Source of the DNA: Eubacteriales bacterium
GTDB taxonomy: Bacteria > Bacillota > Clostridia > Oscillospirales > CAG-382
Length of the DNA: 64,000 bases
NCBI GenBank assembly: GCA_045540015.1
Contig: JAZQGP010000049.1
Coordinates: 21,901 to 85,900, forward strand
Reading direction: 5' to 3'
Each line of letters begins with the position of its first letter. Position 1 is the stretch's first letter. This document shows positions 45,689 through 55,200 of this stretch, piece by piece. Made by a program: the position numbers and the translations under genes. The notes beneath the pieces were generated by a model. The model was not told the origin of the DNA, ran no database searches, and worked only from the letters and a program-made list of their open reading frames with translations.

Positions 45689-46540
45689 TTATTCCTCCGT
45701 TGTTTTATTTCTCGCTTTAATATTAAAATACACCGACAAAATCACACCGACCGCAAAGCATACAATGCCGACAAGCTGGCTGATGCGTACCGAACCTACG
45801 TACAGGCTGTCTGTTCTAAAACCCTCTATTATGCTTCTTCCAAGGCCGTACCATGAAATGTACCACAAAAGCACCTGTCCGTCAAAGCGTTTTTTCTTCC
45901 AGAAAATATTAATAAGTACAAATCCGAGAGTATTCCATGCCGACTCGTAAAGAAAAGTCGGATGGACCGTCATGCCGTTTATAACCATGCGAAACGGATT
46001 TGACAGAGAAGCCTGCGAAATGTCAACCGACAGTCCGAAAAATTCGTATACCTTTGCACTGCCGTACGCCTCGGCGTTAAAGAAGTTTCCCCATCTGCCT
46101 GCAATCTGACCGAGCATGACAGCAGGTGCTATGCTGTCATAGACCTTTAGCGTCGGGAATTTTTTTACTCTGCATACAATATACACCGCTATTGCTCCCG
46201 CAATAACCGCACCGTATATTGCAAGTCCGCCCTCCCATATGGCAACAGCCTCATACAGCGAATGATAATCCTCAAGACTTGTCAGAACATAGTAAAGCCT
46301 TGCTCCCACTATAGCAGACGGTATTACGGCAAGCGCAATATCTGTAAGATTGTCGCTTGTCATGCCGTAAGAACGCATGCGGTAATACAGATAGCTTATT
46401 CCGAGTATCAGTCCAAGACATATAATAAGCCCATACCAATAAACCGTAAACGGTCCGACACTGAAAGCAACCCGGTTTACCGTAAAAGGACCGATGCCGA
46501 GTCCCGGAAACGAGATAATGTTTGTCATATTCCCTCTCAC
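45689..46540 (-). CDS. lgt: Prolipoprotein diacylglyceryl transferase
   Basis: 283 aa, polytopic, with Lgt motifs (YGLIICLG, GGLAIYGAVIAG, GRWGNFFNAEAYG, HPTFLYES). The start could be GTG 46540 or ATG 46528. Confidence 0.9.
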   Translation of the reverse strand: MRGNMTNIISFPGLGIGPFTVNRVAFSVGPFTVYWYGLIICLGLILGISYLYYRMRSYGMTSDNLTDIALAVIPSAIVGARLYYVLTSLEDYHSLYEAVAIWEGGLAIYGAVIAGAIAVYIVCRVKKFPTLKVYDSIAPAVMLGQIAGRWGNFFNAEAYGSAKVYEFFGLSVDISQASLSNPFRMVINGMTVHPTFLYESAWNTLGFVLINIFWKKKRFDGQVLLWYISWYGLGRSIIEGFRTDSLYVGSVRISQLVGIVCFAVGVILSVYFNIKARNKTTEE

Positions 46541-47829
46541 GCTTCCTTCTTATCTTCTATCGGGAGCACACGCGAAAGAACAAAGCCGTTTTCCTTAAAG
46601 CCTTTTTCAAATCTCGCACATACATCCTCAAATGTCACATCCGCCATAACCGACGGGTAGTCAAGAATGTCTGTATTCTCAAAAACACAGCCTATAAGCT
46701 CGTTTGAAATTTCCTCTGTGCTGTTGAAAAGTCTAAGAATATGCGCATAGTTTGCACGCTTTACTCTTTCAAAAGCTTCCTTGTCAAAGCCTTTCTTATG
46801 ATACTTTGCAATCTCGGATTTGATTTCGGCATAAACCTTTTCGGGGTCCTCCGAGCAGCCCGAAATTTCGCAGTGAGCAAAGGTTTCATGTCCCTCATAG
46901 CCGTAGGAGAAGGACGAATCTATAAGGCCGCTTTCGTACATACGGTTGTAGAAGGGTGCAGACTTGTCGAAAATCATATCAAGAATAATGCTGTACTGCG
47001 CTCTCTTTTCCAAAAGCTCTCTGCCACTGAGAGGGCATTCGTTGTCCTTTATTCCAACCGAAAACATCGGCATCGAAACCGACAGGTGCTTTGTTATATA
47101 TTCTTTGTAAACGCCCTCTGGTTCGGAAGGGTATATTCTTTCTATATTCTGAGCCGGAACGTGTTTCAAGAGCTTGTCGCACACCGAAGAAACTTCTTCC
47201 GGCGTTACTCTGCCGCATACGCAAAGTGCCATGTTGTCAAGATTGTAGAACGCGTTGTATGCATCAAAAAGAAGCTCGGGTGTAATGTGCGAAATAGTTT
47301 CAACAGTTCCTGCAGTATCAATCCTTACGGGATTGTTGACGTATAGACCTGTAAGCATTCCGAAATACAGCTGCCAGCCGGAATTGTCGTCGTACATCTT
47401 TATTTCCTGACCGATAATACCCTGTTCCTTGTCAACGGTTTGTTTTGTGAAATAAGGATGTGTTACAAAGTCGAGAAGTATCTCAAGCGACTGTGTTACG
47501 TTTTCAGTTGCAGAAAACAGATACACTGTCTTATCCGAGCTTGTATAAGCATTTGCGCTTGCACCTGTCTTTGCATAGAGCTGAAACGTATCCGTTCCGT
47601 CCTCGTTTTCAAACATTTTGTGTTCAAGAAAATGTGCTATACCGTCAGGAAGCGCAATTCTTATGCCGTTTGCTTTAAACACGCTGTCAATCGAGCCGAA
47701 CTTTGTTGCAAACGCAGCATAGCTTGTTCCGAGCTCCTTTGGGAAAACGTAAACTCGAAGACCGCTGTCATGCTTGAAATAATAATATTTTTCGTTTATA
47801 TTCTTGTTTTCAAACAGTGTATATTTCAT
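46537..47829 (-). CDS. M16-family zinc peptidase (active subunit, HxxEH present)
   Basis: 430 aa. GIAHFLEHKMFE contains the inverted zinc motif HxxEH. Confidence 0.85.
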   Translation of the reverse strand: MKYTLFENKNINEKYYYFKHDSGLRVYVFPKELGTSYAAFATKFGSIDSVFKANGIRIALPDGIAHFLEHKMFENEDGTDTFQLYAKTGASANAYTSSDKTVYLFSATENVTQSLEILLDFVTHPYFTKQTVDKEQGIIGQEIKMYDDNSGWQLYFGMLTGLYVNNPVRIDTAGTVETISHITPELLFDAYNAFYNLDNMALCVCGRVTPEEVSSVCDKLLKHVPAQNIERIYPSEPEGVYKEYITKHLSVSMPMFSVGIKDNECPLSGRELLEKRAQYSIILDMIFDKSAPFYNRMYESGLIDSSFSYGYEGHETFAHCEISGCSEDPEKVYAEIKSEIAKYHKKGFDKEAFERVKRANYAHILRLFNSTEEISNELIGCVFENTDILDYPSVMADVTFEDVCARFEKGFKENGFVLSRVLPIEDKKEA

Positions 47830-49121
47830 CAGATTTCACCCTCCTCGGAAGACTCCTCGTTTCCCTTTAGAAAATAAACCGAGTCGAGTTTTACCTTTTT
47901 CGAAACCTCAACAACGTCAGAAATTGTAACCTTCTCAAGTGCATTGCAAAACTCATCGGGTGTTGTTTCAATACCGCATACAAGCCTCGAGAGAATCCAC
48001 GAGCAGTAGGATGCGGGGTTATCGTCCATTTCGCGGCAGCTGTTTGTCAGCGAGAGTTTTGCATCCTCAAGATCTTCCTCGGTTATTTTTCCTTTCTGAA
48101 TGTCACTCAGCTCTGAAAGGATTGCATTCTTTGCCTTGTCTCTGTTTTCGGACTCAATTCCCGAAAGCACAAACATAACGCCCTTTTGTGAGTCGGCAAT
48201 TGAACGGCAATAATAGCAAAGACTCAGTTTTTCACGCACATTCATGAACAGCTTGCTCACAGGCGAACCGCCGAAAATGTCGCAGAACAGGAAAAGTGCC
48301 GCACTGTCGGCGTTCTTTACGGTAACACCCGTTCTAAAACCCATTGCAAGCTTCCCTTGGTTTACCTCCATGCATTCCGTAACCTCTTTAACACGGTCGG
48401 GAGCCTCTGACAAAACAGCTGTATCCGGAACTTCCAGAACATTTCTGCAAAGTCCCGAAAAAATGTCCGCAAACTTCTTTTCAAGAAGTGCCTCGTCACA
48501 TTCGCCCACAAAGAAAATCTCGACGGGAGATTTTGACACAAATTCACGGTAAAAGCCATAGAGCCTGCTTGCATCCATTGCAAGAGCGTTTTCTTCGGTA
48601 CCGTTTTCGTTTATGCTGTAGCTCTCGTTTTCGCACATGATTTCGGTGCATCTTTGTCTTGCATATGCGTTTTTGTTGTTAATGAGCGCCCTTATTGTGT
48701 TGACAAGGTCGTTTTTCTCGGTTTTTACAATTGCTTGGTCAAAAGCGCCGTCACTTACAAGCACATTGAAGAAAACCTCACGGAACATTTCGGCAGCAGC
48801 ACTTACCAAATCCTCGCTTTTTTCCGGAAGATACGCATTTTTTATAAAATCCGAGGTGTAGGACACGATAAGCTTTTCACCTCTTTTGTAAGAGGATACG
48901 CTCTGCGTCATGTCATAGTAATACTGAAGCTTTTGAGAAAGCAGCTGCGTTGTAGGATAGTTCTTGCTTGCCCTTGTAAGAACCCTTGAAAGCATTGCAG
49001 CTCCCGTTGCGTTCTCGGCTGACAGCTCGGTTATAAAGTTTACACTCAAAAAATTTGTTTTGAACTTATCGGAGGCAAGAAAGCTGATATGCACTCCGTC
49101 CGCAATTTTCACTCTTCGCAT
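47829..49121 (-). CDS. M16-family peptidase-like protein (no HxxEH; probable non-catalytic partner)
   Basis: The track ORF extends to 49172. I prefer ATG 49121, with AAAGGAA upstream. The sequence is insulinase-fold-like but lacks the HxxEH motif. The 1-nt stop/start overlap with the downstream M16 gene suggests a heterodimer pair. Confidence 0.8.
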   Translation of the reverse strand: MRRVKIADGVHISFLASDKFKTNFLSVNFITELSAENATGAAMLSRVLTRASKNYPTTQLLSQKLQYYYDMTQSVSSYKRGEKLIVSYTSDFIKNAYLPEKSEDLVSAAAEMFREVFFNVLVSDGAFDQAIVKTEKNDLVNTIRALINNKNAYARQRCTEIMCENESYSINENGTEENALAMDASRLYGFYREFVSKSPVEIFFVGECDEALLEKKFADIFSGLCRNVLEVPDTAVLSEAPDRVKEVTECMEVNQGKLAMGFRTGVTVKNADSAALFLFCDIFGGSPVSKLFMNVREKLSLCYYCRSIADSQKGVMFVLSGIESENRDKAKNAILSELSDIQKGKITEEDLEDAKLSLTNSCREMDDNPASYCSWILSRLVCGIETTPDEFCNALEKVTISDVVEVSKKVKLDSVYFLKGNEESSEEGEI

Positions 49122-49235
49122 TACACTGTTCCTTTCGGCAAATGTTCTTCGCAATAATACTGTATTTATCATAATATTTTACCACTGTTTGAGTTATTAG
49201 TAAATACAACTTTACCCGAATTTACAAACATTTCA

Positions 49236-52200
49236 CTAACCGCGCCTTTTTGCGTCTGTACTCACCTCAATTTGAGTGCCGCCCTCTGTAAGCTTTATTC
49301 TTCTTCCGCATTCTATTCCGTTTTCAAGAATTGCGTTTTTCTCTCCCTTTGTATATTTGACCTTCAGCGAAAAGCCCTCTCTCGGAAGCTTGATGCTTAT
49401 TTCTTTTATGCCATCAAAAGAGAACGGAATACTGAAAACGCCGTCGGAAAACACCACAGCCGGAGAATCAGTGTTTATTCCCTCAAAGCTTATGCAGAAA
49501 AAGCATTCGAGAATGGCTCTCCAAAGCCACGAAGCAGAACCCGTATACCACGTCCAGCCTGCTCTGCCGGAATGGTTTTCGTTTGAATAAATATCCGCAG
49601 ACAAAACATACGGCTCGGCTTTGTATTTTTCGCAAAGAACCTCGTCTCTCATTCGCAGCGGCACAAGCATATCGCTTACAAGCTGAAGTCCCATACTCAT
49701 AAGACGGCTCCTTATATTTTCGGAAAGCTCATTATCGGTACACGCTTTTAAGAGTGCCGTCATCATCCACACCGCCGCATGCGTATACTGTCCGCCGTTT
49801 TCTCGTATTCCTCTGCAATAGCCTTTTATATAGCCGGGGTCATAATCGGGTTCATCGTACGCAGGCGAGAAAAGCCTTATAATGTGATTTTCTCTGTCGT
49901 ACAGTTCTTCAAATGCCTTTATAAGAGCGTGTGCGTTTCTGTCAGCATTTCCCGTTCTCGAAAGAACCGCAAACGCCTGCGGTAAAAGCTCAATTTTGTT
50001 TTCCTTTTCAGATACTACTCCTATCCTTCTGCCATCGTCCGTATAGGCTCTCATATAATAACCCGATTCAAGGTCAAAGCCGTGCTTTTCGATGCATTCC
50101 GCAAGCTGTTTTCTGCGCTCAAGCATAACCGACGCGCTTCTTGAATCGTCGTATTTTTCGCATACCTGCGAGAATTTTTCAAGAACCAGGCAAAGAAACA
50201 TCGTAAGCCACACGCTCTCGCCCTTGCCATTTGTTCCTATGCGATTAAGTCCGTCACACCAGTCTCCGCACCCTATAAGACAAAGACCGTGCTCTCCCAC
50301 TCTCTCACATGCTCTTGAAAGCGCTCTAAGGCAATGCCTGTAAACACTCTCGCACAGCTTTGAATGTCCCGGTGAAATATATTTTTCGTGCTCGTCCGGC
50401 AAAAGTTCATCTGCAGTTATATACCGCACAGGCACATCAAGCAGCGAAATATCTCCCGTAAACTTCACGTATTCACTCACCGCATACGGCAAAAAAACAT
50501 AGTCGTCGGATATTTTTGTCCTCACGCCCATATGACTGTGCCCGTCCTTTTGCGAGCACGGATGCCACCAGTGAAGCACATCTCCCTGTTCAAACTGATG
50601 GGCACAGCAACGAATAATGTGCGCTCTTGTAAGCTCGGGATGCGAATACATAAGCCCGAGAGAATCCTGAAGCTGGTCGCGAAAGCCAAAGGCTCCGCCC
50701 GACTGATAAAAGCCGCTTCGGGCAAAAAATCTGCACGCGCCGTTCTGATACAAAAGCCATGTATCAAAAAACAGCGAGAGACTTTTCGACAGGCTGTCGC
50801 TGTCAACATGATTTGTATTTGCCACAGCAAAGCTGCGTGAAAAAGCAAATGCACTTTTTATAAGCTCCTGACAGCCGTTTCTTACACATTTCATTACAAA
50901 ATCAGGCGTCTGCTCACTTGCCGCGCTTCCGAGGGCAAAAACAAATATACCGTTCTCATCTGCGTTGATGTCAAAAAACGCCCTTGCCGCACCTTCAAAA
51001 CCCGATGCAAAGCCGTAGTCGGTCTGTGCAAGAGAAAGGAACCCTCCGTTTTCATCAAGTCTGTTTCCAAACAGAAATCCAGTTTCGTCAAACATTACGG
51101 GAAATCTGTTGTGAAAGGTCACACATCCCGAGCGTACCTCAAAAGAGATTCTCCTGTTTTCCGAACGTTCCCTACCCATAATCGGCTTCACCGTAAACGA
51201 AAGCCTTGCTTTCATTTTTGTTTTTACCGTCACAAGCTTTACGGGAAGCTTTTCGGGAACGTAAACACCGACAGTATAGCTCTCACCCAAAATATTCCCA
51301 AAATACTCAGCACCACCCGAAAAAAATCTCACCCTGTCAGAAAGCGCACACAAATCAAGCATTTTACCGTCTTTTTGGGCATACACATGCTCGCCGCTTT
51401 CCATAAGTGCGCTGTCATTGTAAAACGGAGTTATGCGCCTTTCTGCCGCGTTTCTGCAGAACGTGTACCCAAGACTGTATGCATCAAGTACGGTTGAGAG
51501 AAGTCTTCCTGTCAGGACATTGGAATACACGCCGTTTATTTCGGATTTTTCGGCAACATATGAGTTATCGGCAAGAAAATAACCGCTTCCAGAAGAAAAT
51601 ACATCTTTTCGGTCTTGCGTTTTTTCATATTCTCTGACCCTTACAATAACAGGGCTTTTTTGGTTTATCCTTCGGTATGCAAGTGCCGAGCCGGGGCTTA
51701 TTACAAGGCTTGCAGAAGCAAGAATTGCTTCACCTTTATCACGGAGTGCTTCAACGTTTACTATAAAAATTCCGTTTTTTCGCCCCAAAAGACCGAGAGC
51801 ACCATTTTTCTCAAGCATCTCACGCAGTCTTGCCTCGCTCTTTTTATGATACATATCTCTGTCTCGGCAAAAAAGTACAAGCTCGCTTTTCTGCCCTTTA
51901 AGCCTTAAAAGCATGAACGCTCTGACATATCTTTCAAGCTTTTCGCACAAATACGCAGTATCGGCAAACGAAACAAATATCGGCACATCTCCCGAAATAC
52001 CGTGGCACCATAAAAGATCCCTGTTGTATTTTTCACCGGAATATCCGTTTTGCCTTTCCGGATAAATACACGCCGAAAGAAGTCTTTCTTCCTCTGTAAG
52101 AGCCTGACCTGCTGTCGGATAAAATTTTGTGCTCAGAAGCATATGCATTGCTTTTTCCGAAAGTTCCTTTTTGCACTCTCCGAAGTTTTTCCTTCTTGAG

Positions 52201-55200
52201 CAAAGCAGGTTTGCAAGGGCATTTTCTCTGTCAGAAAAAAACGACAGTAAAAATTCCGCCTCATAATTTCGGGTAATCGCAGATGTTCTTATAAGGCAAT
52301 ACGGGTCAACGCACGCTCCTGTTTTATACTCCGACAAATCCGCCTTGAATACGCCTTTCACCGATTCCTCAGACACCGGAAACGGACAAAGCACCTGTTT
52401 TTGCGACGAATATTCAAATGCCGTACCCTCCTTCATTCCAACCGCAAGATAGCATTCTCTGTCATTCTCCTGCCGTTTTCTTCTTGAAAAAAGAAGAACC
52501 GAATCCTTTGAATCGAATTCACTGCCGACAAACAGAGAAGAAAACGCAGGGTGCGCTTCATATGCGCTTTTGGCAAAAAGCACCGGCTCAAAGCCAAGAG
52601 CAAATCTTACGCGTATATCCTGTTTTCTGAAATTTCCTTTAAGTCTTGCGGATATTCTGAAAACATTTCCCGATGAGCTGTCAAGCGAAAAACACACCTG
52701 AAACACAAATTTCTTTGAATCTCTTGTCACAATGTTCGCACTGTACCGCACTTCTCCAAGGCTGACACCAAAGCCGTAGCTGCAATCCTTTTTTTCAAGT
52801 CCGCCTCCTGCACAGTAGAATACCTCTCCATCTATCTCGCACAATATAAAAAGAGTGTCCCTTATTGCATTTTCCGTGTTTGCACGGCTTATGAGTACGT
52901 CCTCATGCCAAAGGCAGACATTGCCGGTGCTTGACAAAACAATTCTGTTTTTTCCGTCGGATAACATACTGCAGACAGGCTCTCTGTTTTGCGTGTCTTC
53001 AAAGCTTTTAAAGCCTGCACTTTGCTGTCTTGCAGGACGGTTATCCTTCTGAAAGCTTGATTTTTCGGTTTTTACAACAGCATCAACGGGTATTCTTTCT
53101 TCAAGCAGTTCACACGCCGCACTCATCGTTTTGTTACTCATAAAGCGTCTTTGCAGAGCATTGTCAAAGCATGCGTTGGCACACGAAGCCATACTCATCC
53201 CCGCATGATGAGACATAACGCTTTTCACCTTTGCAAAGCCATGTTTAACGCGTCTCGGAGTAAAATCTGCCGCCTCATAAAAGCCGTAAGGCCCGTACAT
53301 TCCGAGCTTTTTCAGCCTATCAAGGTTTGAAAGCATACTTTTCCCAGACACGCAAAGACCGAGAAAAGAGGAGTAGGGTGAAATAACAAGGTCGTTTTCA
53401 AGTCCTCTGTGCAGACCGAGTGACGGTATACCGAACGCCTTATACTGATAATTCATTTCATAGTCGAAAGCAAAAAACGCACTCTCCGATATCCCGAAAA
53501 CATTTCCTTTTTCCGTATCTGCACACCGCTTTTTCTGCTCGCAAAGCGCAAAGCAGAGTGCCTCATAAGAAAGAGAGCCTTCGGTTACGGGCAGAAACAG
53601 TGCAGGCATAAAATATTCAAAAGCAGTTCCCGTCCATGAAGCAAGTCCTATTCTTTCACCCGACCTTACGGGCATTCTTGAAAGACTTTGCCAGTGCTTT
53701 ACCGGAACGCACCTTTGAGAAACCGCAATAAAGCTCAGCGTTCTCGCTTCACTCATCAAAAGGTCGTATCTGTTGTCGGATAATACGGCATTTCCGTTAT
53801 TATCAAAGCCCGCACCTATGCAGAAAAGGTCTTTTTCGCTGTCGTAAATGGGCAAAAGCTGAGTGTCATCGTATATTCTCTTTAAACGCGCTCTTACACT
53901 CTCAAGCTCTTTGCATTCATTTGCATATTCGTCAAGCCCTTCGTATACTGTAAGAATACACGCAAGCAGGTTTCCGCTGTCCACGCCCGAAACAAATCTC
54001 GGCTGAAGCACCGAAAGGCTTCGTGTGTCGTACCAGTTATACAAATGCCCTTTCCACTTTTCGGCTTTTTCAATCGCCGAGAGTGTGTCAGACATGCGCA
54101 TATACATTTCGCTGCTGTCTATAAACCCGAAATCCCTTGCACAAAGCGTACACACAAGATACAGACCTATATTTGTGGGCGAAGTTCTGTGTGCCTTTAT
54201 TGTATCGGGAAAAAACTGAATGTTGTCTATGGGAAGAAAGTTATCTTCTGCCGTTACGTTTTCGGCAAAAAACCTCCAGATATCCGATGCATACTCCCGC
54301 AGCGTATTTTTGTCGTTCAATGACAGCTTTGTTTTTCTGCTTTTTCCGGAAAGTGAGGTGTAATACGCTATGGCAGGGTGAAAAAACCAGAGAAGTCCGA
54401 CGATTTTTACATGTCCCCAAGGGCAGAATACAAATAACAGTACACCGATAAAGGCAGACGGCAGATTTTTATATACGTATCCCACAATGCCGTCTTTGCC
54501 GGCTTCGTCCGTCTGAGCAGCAGTTACCCATTCCAGCATATTTTTTCCGGACACAAACATTCGGAACAGGCTTCTTGCAATCGCATCAAGTGAAACAAAT
54601 GCGCTTTTGCAAACATTGGCAAGTCCCATAACACTTCTTTCAAGATTCTGCCACAACCCCGTCTGAACTCCGCGTGAGAAAAACCGTCTCACGGCAAGCT
54701 GAAACGAAAATCCGGAAAGGCTCGAAATTATATCCGCAACAAGCGGAACAAACAAATATGCAATACCCGATGCAAACAATACCCCCGAAGCTTTCGCATC
54801 AAGAAATATTCCGCACATCACACATAAAACGGAAAACACCGGCAAAAGCGCTCGTCTTACGTTGTCAAAAATACGGAATTTGTAAAGCGGACTTATACTG
54901 TTTGATATAACCGAGCCTTCTTCATTCAAAATATACTTCCCGACAAAAGGCAAATTCTGTACATCGCCCCTTATCCACCTGTGTGCACGCTTGAAATACG
55001 AAAGCTCGTTTTTCGGGAAGCTGTCCGTCAGGGTAACCTCCGAAAGGCAGGCACAACGCAGCCTTGCACCCTCAAGAGAATCATGGCTGAGAATTTTGTC
55101 AGGCTCAAATGAAGCACTACCATGTGTTACTTCGTAAAACGCATATTTATCAAATATTCCTTTTCCGCAGAAAACAGCATCTCCAAACATGCTCTGCTCA